The notes beneath the pieces were generated by a model. It did not search any database. It was not told the origin of the DNA and worked only from the letters and a program-made list of their open reading frames with translations. A stretch of 64,000 bases of DNA, taken from contig NC_057720.1 in assembly GCF_004010195.1 (NCBI RefSeq), positions 91,523,319 through 91,587,318 of the forward strand. The letters run 5' to 3'. Position numbers and translations under genes: made by a program. The stretch is from Chiloscyllium plagiosum. Taxonomy: Eukaryota. Shown here piece after piece: positions 46,915 to 59,299 of the stretch. Position 1 is the stretch's first letter, and each line of letters opens with the position of its first letter.

Positions 46915-48832
46915 CATAGAATATAGAACATGGAACATTACAGCACAGTACAGGCCCTTCGGCCCTCGATATTGCACTGACCTGTCGTACCAATCTGAAG
47001 CCCATCTAATCTACACTATTCAATGTATGTCCATTTGCTTGTCCAATGACGATTTAAATGCACTTAAAGTTGGTGAATCTACCACCGTTGCAGGCAAAGT
47101 ATTTCATACCCTTACTACTCTCTGAGTAAAGAAACTACCCCTGACATCTGTCCTATATCTATCACCCCTCAATTTAAAGCTATACCCCCTCGTGCTCGCC
47201 GTCACCATACTTGGACAAAGGCTCTCCCTATCCAACCTATCTAACCCTCTGATTATCTTATATGTGTCTATTAAGTCACCTCTCAATCTTCTTCTCTCCA
47301 ACGAAAACAGCCTCAAGTCCCTCAGCCTTTCCTCGTAAGATCTCCCTTCCATATCAGGCAACATCCTAGTAAATCTCCCCTGCACCCTTTCCAAAGCTTC
47401 CACATCCTTCTTATAATGCGGTGACCAGAACTATACACAATACTCCAAGTGCAGCCGCACCAGAGTTTTGTACAGCTGTAGCATAACCTCATGGTTCCAG
47501 ACCTCAATCCCTCTATTAATAAAAGCTAAAATACTGTATGTGTTCTTAACAACCCTGTCGAACACCTTGCTGAAATATACATATACAACACATCAACCGG
47601 TTTACTCTCATCTACCTGTTTGGTCACCTTCTTAAAGAACTCAGTAAGGTTTGTGAGGCCCGACCTACTCTTCACAAAACCATGCTGACTATCCCTAATC
47701 AAATTATTTTTTTCTAGATGATTATAAATCCTATCTCTTACAACCTTTTCCAACACTTTACCAACAATTGAAGTAAGGCTCACTGGTCTATAATTACCAG
47801 GGTTGTCTCTATTCCCTACTTGAACAGGGGAACCACATTTGCTATCCTCCAATCTTCTGGCACTATTCCTGTAGACAATGACATTTAAAAATCAACTAAT
47901 CCAGCAGGGGGATGGGAACCAAAATTGTAGTTCGAGCATAGAAACGATTGAGAGTAGAGAAATCAAGTTTCAGGGACGCAAGATGGCACCGGCAAGCAAG
48001 AAGTTGTTTTGAAGTGTGTCCACATCAACGCCAGGAGCATCCGGAATAAGGTGGATGAACTTGCAGCATGGGTTGGTACCTGAAACTTTGATGTTGTGGC
48101 CATTTCGGAGACATGGATAGAGCAGGGACAGGAATGGTTATTGCAGGTTGCGGGATTTATATGTTTCAGTAAGAACAGAGAAGATGGTAAAAGAGGGGGA
48201 GGTGTGGCATTGTTAGTCAAGGACAGTATTACGTTTGCAGAAAAGATGTTTGGGGACTCGTCAACTGAGGTACCAGGGGCTGAGGTTAGAAACAGGAAAG
48301 GAGAGGACACCCTGTTGGGATCTTTCTATAGGTCTCCGAGTAGTTCCAGAGATATAGAGGAAAGGATAGCAAAAATGATTCTCGATAGGAGTGAGACAGA
48401 CAGGGTAGCTGTCATGGGGGACTTCAACTTTCCAAATATTGACCGGGAACATTATAGTGCGAGTACTATAGATGGATCAGTTTTTGTCCAGTGTCTGCAG
48501 GAGGGCTTCCTGACACAGTATGTAGACAGGCCAACAAGGGGCAAAGCCACATTAGATTTGGTACTGGGTAATAAGCCTGGCCAGGTGTTAGACTTGGAAG
48601 TGTGTGAGCACTCTGGTGATAGCGATCACAATTCTGTTATGTTTACTTTAGTAATAGAAAGGGATAGGTGTATACCACTGGGCAAGAGTTACAGCTGGGA
48701 GAAAGGCAATTACGATGCGATTAGGCAAGGTTTAGGAAGCATAGGATGGGGAAGGAAACTGCAGGGGATGGGCACAATAAAAATGTGGAGCTTATTCAAG
48801 GAAAAGCTCCTGAGTGTCCTAGATAAGTATAT
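46915..48832. mobile_element. CR1-clade LINE with its 3' half on the minus strand (46915-47895) and its EN half on the plus strand (47897-48832)
   Basis: Minus-strand RT ORFs 47104-47403 and 47526-47852; plus-strand APE ORF 48096-48896 (AISETW, MGDFNFP, LDLVLGN, SDHN). Confidence 0.8.
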
Positions 48833-48932
48833 CCAGATTCCTGAAATAAGATGTTCAGTCAGAAAGAGGGAAAACTGTGGGAAGTGGTGGGATTGATCTG
48901 GAGCCAGACAGTACTGACCAACCTTAAGCACT

Positions 48933-49245
48933 GAGATTAGATTACATTACAGTGTGGAAACAGGCCCTTCGGCCCAACAAGTCCACACCGACCCGCCGAA
49001 GCGCAACCCACCCATATCCCTACATTTACCCCTTACCTAACACTACGGGCAATTTAGCATGGCCAATTCACCTGACCTGCACATCTTTGTGACTGTGGGA
49101 GGAAACCGGAGCACCCAGAGGAAACCCACGCAGACACGGGGAGAACGTGCAAACACCACACAGTCAGTCGCTTGAGGCGGGAATTGAACCCGGACCTCTG
49201 GCGCTGTAAGGCAGCAGTGCTAACCACTGTGCCACCGTGCCACCC
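48933..49245 (-). mobile_element. Young HE1-like tRNA-derived SINE
   Basis: Minus strand reads GGCACGGTGGCACAGTGGTTAGCACTGCTG (A box) ... GGTTCAATTCC (B box), central GTGTGGTGTTTGCACGTTCTCCCCGTG domain and a (TAATC)n tail. Confidence 0.85.
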
Positions 49246-49939
49246 ACAATATGATGGAGATGAAGGGTGAGCTGTTTCGGGCTTTGACTCACTGTTATCA
49301 GAGTAAAACAGGGATTATCCATTTCACAAGTGAGCAAATGGAACTAACAAACCAGGTGGATGTGAAACACCCACCCCGTCCCTGGGAGAAGGGGGGGACA
49401 AGAACAGGGACATTCTCAGACAGAAAGGATGCTAAAAATGGTATCACCCCGAGGGTGAAGGGTGGGGTGGGGATAGTGACAGCGAAACCCCCAGAGAATG
49501 GGGAAAGTAACACTGACACATTTAAAACTGTATTATAACAAGTGAGAACTTAAACAGACACCCACTCCGTCATATGGTGTTCAGGATGCACTGTTCTCAT
49601 CAAAACACATTTGCAAACCTCTTCATAACATGTAAGGAGAGAGAAACATTGAAAACTGTATTATCATGAGTGAGGGTTCATATAAATCTCGGACCTTGAT
49701 GTTAAATGTTCCCAGCTGTAAACAACACTGGTGTATTGACGTCATTAGCTTACAAAACAGTATTAAACCCTCGGCCAAACATTTTCCTGCAGACAGTGTA
49801 GTTAAAATATCAAGAGGCTTTCCCCATTGTTGGTTTGATCAGTGACGTAGCAAGGAAGCAGCATGAACTCCAACAAAAGAATGAGAACAGGCTCTTCATA
49901 CGGAGCTGGTCCCCGAGAATCCAATTCAACAGCAGGGAC

Positions 49940-51155
49940 CAAAGAACAAGGAACAATACAGCACAGGAACAGGCCCTTCGGCCCTCCAAGCCTGTGCTGA
50001 CACATTTTGCCCTTCCACACTGAAACTGTTTTCGCCGACAGGATTCATATCCCTCTGTTCTCTTCCTAATCATGCATTAGTGCAGGTATTCCTTGAATAC
50101 TTCTATTGTGTCTGCTTCCACCCCCTCCTCTGGCAGTGTGTTCCAGGTACTCAACTTCCTTTGTGTGAAATACTAGCCTCACACATCTCTTTTAGATTCC
50201 CCCACCCCACCCCGCACCTTGAACCTCTCTTCCCCAATAATTGACCCCTCCATCCTGGGGAAGAAAAGCCTCATATTTTCCACTCTCCATTCACAACTTT
50301 ATAAAATTCTATCAGGTCACGCCTCATTTTCCCGCATTCCAGTGAAAACAAACCCAGTCTATCCAACCTTTCTTCAGAACTACAATCGCCACATGTCCTG
50401 GTAAACATTTTCTGCACCGTCTTCATAACATCCACATCCTTCTGGTAGTGTGGTGGCCAGAACTTTATACAATATTCCAAGTGTGCAGCATAAGTTGTCT
50501 ATCCTTCTACTCAATGCACCTTCCAATGAAGGAGAAAGTGAGGTCTGCAGATGCTGGAGATCAAAGTTGAAACTTCATTGCTGGAACAGCACAGCAGGTC
50601 AGGAATTCCAGAACTTTATACAATATTCCAAGTGTGCAGCATAAGTTGTCTACCCTTCTACTCAATGCACCTTCCAATGAAGGCAAGCAGGCCATAAGCT
50701 TTTTTTACTGCCTTACCTCCCTATGCTGACACCTTCAGTGATCTGTGAACATACACACCCAGATCTCTCTGCACATCAATACTCCAAAGGATTCTGCCAA
50801 TCCCTGTATAATTCCCACCTGTACATCACCTTTCAAAATGCATCACCTCACATTTGTCTGGATTAAACTACATTTGCCATTTTTCTGTCCATGCATCAAC
50901 TGATCTATATCCTGCTGTATCCTCTGACAATGCTTCTCATTATCCACAAATCTACCAATCATTGTATCAACCGTAAACTTACTAAGCAGTCCAGCTACAT
51001 TTTCCTCCAAATCATTTATGGAGACCATGAACAGCAGAGTTCCCACCACTGATCTCTGTGGAACATCAATTGTTACAGCCCACCATTGTGAAAACTGTTC
51101 TTCCATCACTGCCCTCTGTCTCCTCTGACACAGCCAGTTCTGTCTCCAATATTGG
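49940..51155 (-). mobile_element. CR1-clade 3' fragment carrying a short nested insertion
   Basis: ORFs 50843-51175 (degenerate VPQ.S) and 50271-50480 (EYCIKFWPP). Confidence 0.75.
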
Positions 51156-54100
51156 GAACATTTTAGACAAGACACCTTGTTTCTAGCTCGTTACTGCAAC
51201 TTGATCCAGTTCATTCAGAAAGAGAAAAAGGACAATGTGCAGATTGTTGAACAGGCCCCTACACCTGGGCCTGAGGCAGGAGCCCAAGCTCCAACACACT
51301 GGCCTCACTTCACACCAACCTTCACACAGTGCAGGGTCATGAACTCCGGCCATCAATTCCTCTGGGACCAGGACGGAGTGAGGGAACAGGGACAACTGTA
51401 GAAGAGTCAATAAGGAGTAAAGCAAGATGAAGAGAGTGTGCTGGAAAGTGTTTAATGGAGGAAGTATACTTTGTGATCCCCAATACTGACATAGTCTACA
51501 TGTATCACAGAGTGAACAAAACAGCACACCGTGAAGACAATCAAAAGTCACACCAAAGTACTTCCTTTTTGATATATCATATTATGCAGGGCATTATCAT
51601 TGTGGTGTGATAAGTATCCTGGTTCAAAAGCTGTAATGTCTCTCTCTCTCTCTCTTCGTTTCAACAGATGGAGCCGGTTAGATCCTCGCAGAGCCCCAGT
51701 TTATTTGTACCGATGGTGGACTGGGGTACACCTGATGAAGGAGCAGCGCTTCGAAAGCTTGTGATTTCAAATGAACCTGTTGGGCTAGAACCTGGTGTTG
51801 TGTGACTTCTGACTTTGTATTGTTCGGGCACAGTGAAACAGCTGCCTTCCAGTAACTATAAGTACTTGAATTACCACGAAGGATTACAGGTAATGACTCC
51901 TTCCGTTAACCGCAAACAAGCCCGCAGTCACTCCAGTGGATTCCAGTGGGAATTACCGATCAGTTGCTTCCCAGATATTTCATGGTTCACCACCACACTC
52001 TCCAGGACAATTAGGGAAGGGCAACGCCCGCCCCATCCCAGGAGAAATGAAAAAAAGGCATATAATTCAAATGATCAAACTGCTGAGACTTGAATTCATC
52101 TCTTTGAAATACTGGAGCCTCAGCCAGAAACAGAGCCATGACATGGGTGAAGCTGGTTTGTCAGACTGCAAGGTGGAGTGTCCTTCAGATTGACACTGCG
52201 AACAGCAAAAAATGAATCACACTCAAAGATCTAACAAACGGCTATCAAAGCGTGACCCCAAACTGCACAGAACAGCACTTGCGGCTTCGCGTCCCCATCT
52301 CCATCCTTGCTGTTGCTCTTCCCTAACTGTCCTGGAAAGGGTGGTGGTGAGCCATGAGTGTCTTGAAGAGGATCTGACAGAGGGACAAGGTCATGTCCTC
52401 GGCCTGAGCACAACTGCCTGCACTGCTGTGCTTTTCCAGCGCCACACTTTTCGACTCCGAGTAAACTATCCCTCAGGAGAATGAGCTGTGGCACAAGAGG
52501 AAACGTGGGAGTGTTGGAAAGGCACCGGCAGCCTGGTCAGCCTGCAGAGGGGCAGAAACAGATTTGATGAATGAGCTGATATCCTTCTGAGCTGAGATGC
52601 AGACTCTGGCTTTCAGAGCTACACAGTTTACATTGTTACTGACCGTGGCTCCATGGGCAAAGCTCCTGCCTCATCGTCAAAATGGTCATCGGGTTGAAAG
52701 CCACCTCACAAATGAGAGCACAGAATCCAGACTGAGACTGCGGTGCACTGCTGAAAGTTGCAGTCTCTGGCACCATCAGATGCTGCCAGTCTTGCTGTGT
52801 TCTCCCGGCCTCCTGCTGGTCATCCTTGGATTCCAGCATTTGCAGTTTGTCTCTAGTCTCTTCAGGGGCCAGGATGAGTGTGAGGAGATTGGGCTTTGAT
52901 GGAACTACCCACAGACTGAAGTCAAAAAAAGAAAAGCAAGAAAGGCAAGTGGATCGAATGCGAGAGAGCAAATTGTGAGCAAAAAGTAAATGTTATCAGT
53001 TTAACCACTGCAAAGGAGAGAGTGATGATATTGAATTGCTTCTGATGTCATCCTCTGTGCCCTAACATTTCACAGTGCCAGCTCCACATTCTTCCATTGG
53101 CTTTGTCATTGAGAGGAACAGTTCCCTTCCCACAGCAATTTTTAAAATGTCCTGTCCCAGGGAATCACTGAGGCAAAGAATATTTCACCTTTACTGGGAA
53201 AATTGGAGAAATGTTGGATGTCAAGGAGCTGTTTCTCAGCCTTCAGGGTCTGACAGAAGGATGTGTGTAGTCTGTGGATTCTGGAGACAGATCACTGAGA
53301 TATTCCTCACTCCCATCAACACCTGACTTTATTCTGACATCAGTTTCTATTCATCATGATAAAGTACCCTCACCAGTTTCAGACGGGATGTTTCATACTC
53401 AGCCCCCATTTCCTCACATTGGAATCAAAAACCAAACTCAGGATTGTCCTGTGAACAAAGATTTCAGCCCCATGGGTTCCCACAGATACTAGAGCCATGG
53501 AGTGAGATTGCCGGAGCCACATGTGGACTGAGGAACACAACAGTTAGGACAATGAGCTGCTCTGGAATCCACCCTGAGCCCTGGATGATCCTCACTGAGA
53601 TGGCCCAGGGGCTACAGAATATGACAGCAGAAAGTGGAACCAGTTTATCATTGACTGCCCTCCCCAGCCGTGACTCCCAGACTCCCCAGATTTAACATTC
53701 TCAATCTGACTCCAGGGACACACGGGGCAATTCTATCTCATTTGAAGAGTAAAGAAAACCCAAGTCTAATTTATGGAATATTTATATCCCAAACCCTGTG
53801 GAATTGTTATTCTGAGTAACAAGATCCTGCTGGTCATATTCATAAATACAGGGTTCCCAGTGGTTCTGGCTCTCAAACAGTTGAGTTGAATTTCTACGCC
53901 TGGGATCTTGCTGTGCCTAAGGAATGGGTGAGCAAATTTCCATCAGATTATTGTGTTCCCCATTGTCCCCTCCTACCTTCCTTTTTTCCTCCATTTATTG
54001 GGAAAGATTTCCTTGAAGCACTGCATTCCTGCTTAAAGTAACCCTTCTGGACACAATGGTAGCATTGCTCTCCTGCTCCTGGGACCTCATTGCCCCTCAA

Positions 54101-54754
54101 TTCTCCCCCTCATTCTCCAGCCTTGAGGGTGGAGGTTAACACTTCACACACCCTTTCCCTGAGGCTTCAGCTCTGGCCATTCCCAAAGCACACAGAGACA
54201 GAGACCGAATATTATTCATTTTAATTTCCTTTTCCAGATTGACATTGACAGAAAACAGTCAGCAATTAACAGCCCAGACAGAGGAAGCTGCACAAATTCA
54301 CAGCCACAATGTAGCTTGAGGAAAACACTTGTGGAGATTTTCTCAAAAAAAAAAGAGAATCCTGTCCCTTTAAACAGTGACAAAACCTTAAATTGGAACT
54401 GGCAGCTGAGCAGGAAGGAGATCTGGTTTACTGAAACAGAGACTTCTGAGGTTCACAATGTTTAGTACAGCTGACAGTTTTCAGCATCTTCGAGAGGTTT
54501 TACTTGACATCACAAGTCATCACTGCGCCAATCAAACACTCCCAGAACAGGGACAGCATGTGGTTTGATACAGAGTAAAGCCTCTTTTTAATGATCCCAA
54601 TGACCTGTCTTAACCCTTGGACATCAGATGTGTCTCTGAGCCAGTCCTGAGAAGGAAGAGAGTTGAAATTCAGTGCTGACAATAATCTTTGCCCTGCCAG
54701 CTCAGCCCTGTTCTATTTAAAGTTGTGTCTCCTCTGTGGACTGTCTCCAACACT

Positions 54755-55083
54755 CTACACACATTCTGATCTCCTGATGCTCTTGCTGAGGGGAGAGGAG
54801 AGGGTCACGTGGGTGAGGGCACAGGAGAAGCGAGTGTTGGACTCCCAGTCAGACCCAGAGAGGGTCAGCAGGCTGCTGACACTGTAGGTGCTGTCCGAAG
54901 CTCGCAGGTAGTTGCTGGTCTGAACCCCGTCCGAAATGACTGCACCGTCCTTCTTCCACTGCACCTCCAGCTCATCGGGATAGAAGTGATTGGCAAGGCA
55001 CATCAGTGTGGCAGTGCCCTTGGCATTGACCTGCTCCGGAGAGGGGGGCAGCAGGGTCAGCTTGGGCTGAGAGTTTTGACCAT
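54755..55083 (-). CDS. IGKC: Kappa-type (NS4-like) light-chain constant exon, intact reading frame
   Basis: Polypyrimidine tract plus AG at 55085-55084, phase-1 start. Encodes (x)GQNSQPKLTLLPPSPEQVNAKGTATLMCLANHFYPDELEVQWKKDG...DSTYSVSSLLTLSGSDWESNTRFSCALTHVTLSSPLSKSIRRSECV*, a C1-set domain with the penultimate inter-chain Cys. Confidence 0.95.
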
Positions 55084-56839
55084 CTGAAAAGCAAGAGAAA
55101 CAATTTTGATCCCTGCCATTTGAAGGGATGTTAACTCTCTGATCATGAACTGGTAAAACAATCCATTTGAAGATTTGTGGCCAACACCAAACAAACCCCA
55201 TAAAAGGACAGGGATTTTAAAAATTGCATCTTGGGATGTGGGCGTCACTGGCAGGGCCAGTATTTATTGCTCATCCCTAATTGCCTCTGAGAAGGTGATG
55301 GTGAAAGAGAAGGGACAGTTTTGGACCATTGTTTAGGAAATGAATGTGAACAGCTGGAAGGGCTCTCAATGGGGGAGCATTTCAGTGACAGTGATCAGAA
55401 CTCAGTGAGATTGAGAGGAGGGATGGAAATGGAGAACCATGGAGCAAGTATAAAAATTTTCTTTTGGGAATGAACCATTTTACTGAACTGGGCAGTGACT
55501 TGGTAAAACTTGGCTGAAAGACAAAATGCAGGGGTGAAATTAACCAGGACCTGAGGAAAGCAAAGAGCTGACAGGATGAGATGTGTCCAAAGGAAGTGAA
55601 GGAAATCCCAGTGATGTTTATAATCACAGAAAGAACAAGAAGAGAATGAAGGAATGTGTGAGGCCCATTCGATAGCAGGAAGGGAACTTGTGAGCGGTGG
55701 TGCAAGATGGAGCGATGGTTCTTCATGAAATCTTTCGGTCGGTTTTCACAAAAGAGAGGGACAAAGCAGAAACTGTAGTTCAGGAGGAAGACTGTGCAAT
55801 ATTGGAATGGCATCTTTCAGATCTGAAAGATTCCCAGTTCATCCAAGGAAAAGAAAGATTCATGCTGTCCCCAAGTCATTTGCAGACAGTGTGGGACTTG
55901 ATTGAAATGAGGTCACTGAAGGAATGCAGGAAATGTGGAAGAGAGATTGTACACAGCAAGATCCCGCAAGCAACAATGAACCAAGGAACATTTTGAGTGA
56001 CGTTTGTTCAGGGATAAATATCAGCCTGAATATGATTCAAAGAGAAAATAACTGGAACAGTTGGATGGAAAATGAGAAAATGAAAGTTAAAGGAGAAGGG
56101 AGGATTACTGGGTAGTGATGGGATTTGATGTTACCAGGAAATAAAAGGAAAGGACAGAATATTATGAATGTCATATTGTACTGAGGGAACTTAAAAGTGC
56201 AGGGAAGCTCAATTACAGACCAAACTTAAAGGCTTTGTATCTTAATGCTTGACCCATTTGGAAAAAGGTAAACAAAGCTGTACCACACAAACCAAGGTAA
56301 ATCAAGTTTCTGAGGAATTTAAACAAAACAAAGAAGGTAGGGGCTCAGAATAAATTACTAAAGTATCCAGACCAATTGATAGGATCAAGAGTATGGAAAG
56401 GATCAGGAATCGAACTTGAGGCACCACAGGGTGGAATGGTAGATCAATGGTTAGCACTGCTGTCTCACAGCTTCGGAGACACAGACTCAATTCCAACGAC
56501 TGTCTGTGTGGGATTTACACATTCTCCCCGTGTCCACTTGGGTTTCCTCCCATTGTCACAAAGATGTGTAGGTTAGGAGGATTATCCATGGGAATTGTAG
56601 GGTGGGTGGGATACTATTTGGACGGTCAGTCTGGGCTGAATGGCCTGCTTCCACACTGTAGGGATTCTGTGATTTCTAAAGGAGATAACTATGAGAAGGA
56701 GGCAGTCAGTGCATGACTGAGGGTGTTGTACTTCAATTCATCGAGTATATGAAACAAGGTAAATGAGCCTGTAGCGCAGGGACGTGGCTGCAAGGGGATC
56801 AGGGCTGGGAACTAAATATCCAAGGATGCACATCCTATT

Positions 56840-58570
56840 GAAAGGAAATGCAGGGGGATAGAGGGTCAAGTGTGAAGGAGGAACTAAAGGTAATCCTTGT
56901 TAGTCAGGAAATGGTCTTGGGGAGACTGATGGTATCAAAACTTAATATGTCCCCAGGGCCTGATACTCTGCATCCCAGAGTCCTTAAGAAAGTGGGTGGA
57001 AAAATAGTGGACACATTGGTGATCATTTTCCAACATTCTGTCGACTCTGACAGAGTTCCAATGGACTGGACAGTATCCAATGTAACCCCCCTTTTTAATA
57101 AAAGGAAGGAGAGTGAAAATGAGGAATTATACAGGAGGAAAACGCTGGAGTCAGTTATTAAAGATACAATAACTAAGCATTTGGAAAGCAGTGACAGGAT
57201 CGGTCCAAGTCAGCATGGATTTACGAAAGGGAAATCAGGCCTGACACATCTTCTGGAAGGTTTTGAGGATGTGATCAGTTGAGAGTGGACACGGTTGAAT
57301 CAGTGGACAACAAAAACAAAAATTAATGAAAGTTTTCGGCCGATCTGGCAATATCTGTGGAGAGCAATCAAAGTTAACGTTTCGGATTGACTGACCCTCC
57401 CTCAGAACTCAGTGGGTGTTGTGTATCTGGACTTTCAAAAGGCTTTTGACAAAGTCCTATACGATAGGTTAGTGAGCAAAAGTAAACCTTATGGTATTGG
57501 AGGTAATGTATTGACATGGAGAGAGAACTCGTTGCCAAATAGAAAGCAGAGAGTTGGAATAAATGGGTCCTTCTCAGAGTGGCAGGCAGTGATGAATGGG
57601 GTACCGCAGGGTTCAGTGCTGGGACCCCAGCTGTTCACAATATACATAAATGATATGGACAAAGGAATTGAATGCAATCCCTTCAAATTTGCAGATGACA
57701 CGAAGCTGGGTGACAGTGTGTGCTGTGAGGAGGATGCTAAGAGGCTGCAGGGTTACTTGGACAGGCTGGCTAAGTGAACAAATGCTTGGCAAATGCAATA
57801 TAATGTGGGTAAATGTGAGATTATCCACTTTGCTGGTAAACGGGAAGTCAGATTATTAGTGAATGGTGAAAGTTTAGGAAAAGGTGAGGTGCAATGAGGG
57901 CTGGGTGTCATGGTGGAACAGTCACTGAAAGGGGGCATGCAGGTGCAGCAGGCAGTGAGGAAAGCTAATGGCATGGTGGCCTTCACAGTGAGAGGATTTG
58001 TGTATTGGAGTAAGGATGTCTTGCAGAATTATACAGGGCCTTGGTGAGGCCTCACCTTGAGTATTGTGTGCAGTTTTGGTCTCCTAGTCTGATGAAGGAC
58101 ATTCTTGCTATTGAGGGAGTCGAGCGAAGGTTCACCAGACTGATTCCTGGGACAGCAGGACTGACGTATGAGGAAAGACTGGATCGAATGGGTTTGTATT
58201 CTCTGGGATTTAGAAGAATGAGGGGAATCTCTTGGAAACATGTAAAATCCGGATGGGATTTGACAGTGTCAATGCTGGAAGAATGTTCTCGATATTAAAA
58301 AGTCCAGAATTAGGGGTCACAGTCTAAGATTAAGTTATTCAGATGTTGTGAACCAGTGGAATTCTCTACCACAGAAAACCGGTGGGGCCAGTTTGTTTGT
58401 TATATACAAGGGGGACTGGGCCCTTGAGGCTGAAGGGATTTATGGGTATAGGGGGAGAGTGGTAATGGGATACTAAGATTGCATAATCAGCCATGATCAT
58501 ATTGAATTGCGGTGCAGGCTCAAAGGGTTGAATGGCCTATTCCTGCAGCAATTTTCTATGTTTCTACGTT
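56840..58570 (+). mobile_element. CR1-clade RT/3' fragment with a Penelope-like insert of about 100 bp (57307-57408)
   Basis: YLDFQKAFDKV, GVPQGSVLGP, KFADD and VRPHLEYCVQFWSP motifs; TCAGTGG flanks the insert at 57300-57306 and 57409-57415. Confidence 0.82.
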
Positions 58571-59299
58571 TGTAATGATCGGTAGATGGGGGTGCGGGGG
58601 AGTGGGTTTACTCTGTCATTGAGAAATGAAATTAAATTGACAGCAAAAAGAAATATAGAGTTGGACTGCATAGAGTCTGTGTGAGTCAACTTAAGAAAGC
58701 ACAAAGAAACAAAGACCCTGATGGGAGTTATGTACAAGCCTCCTCGCAGTAATCGGGATGTGGGTCAGAAAATAAATCAGGAGACAGAAAAGGCAAGTGA
58801 GAAAGGCATTATTACAATAGTCATGGGGACTGCAATATGCAGGTGGACTGGGAAAGTCAGGTTGGCAATGGATCTCAAGGTAAGGAATTCATGGAATGTC
58901 TGCGAGAGGCTTTATTTGGAACAGCTTGTGGTAGAGCCACGAGGAAACAGGTAATTCTGGATTCAGTGATGTGTAATGAGGCAGCCCTGATTGGGGAGCT
59001 GAAGGTGAGTGAACCCTGAGGGGGCAGTGACCATAATGTGATCGAATTCACCCTGCAGTTCGAGAGGGAGAAGCTGGAATTCCATGTTTTAAGAGGAGTT
59101 AATGGGCATGATCTGTTTGAATTTCCAGCAGGCCTTTGACAGGTTGCTACACAGGAGGCTGCTAAATAACATAAGAGCCCATGGGGTTTGGGGCCCGGTA
59201 CTGGCATGGATAGNNNNNNNNNNNNNNNNNNNNNNNNNNNNNNNNNNNNNNNNNNNNNNNNNNNNNNNNNNNNNNNNNNNNNNNNNNNNNNNAAATTTG

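Noticed and set aside
49170-49245. tRNA gene
   Set aside because: The A and B boxes belong to the head of an HE1-like SINE and continue into the SINE body and tail.
51640-51720. (CT)n...TTTCAACAG|ATG as a splice acceptor of an unknown exon
   Set aside because: The frame stops within a few codons and runs into a Penelope-like repeat; nothing else supports an exon.
8891-55083. VJ at 9 kb splicing to either C exon in the window
   Set aside because: The VJ is transcribed leftwards; the 34-kb C is on the opposite strand and the 55-kb C lies upstream.
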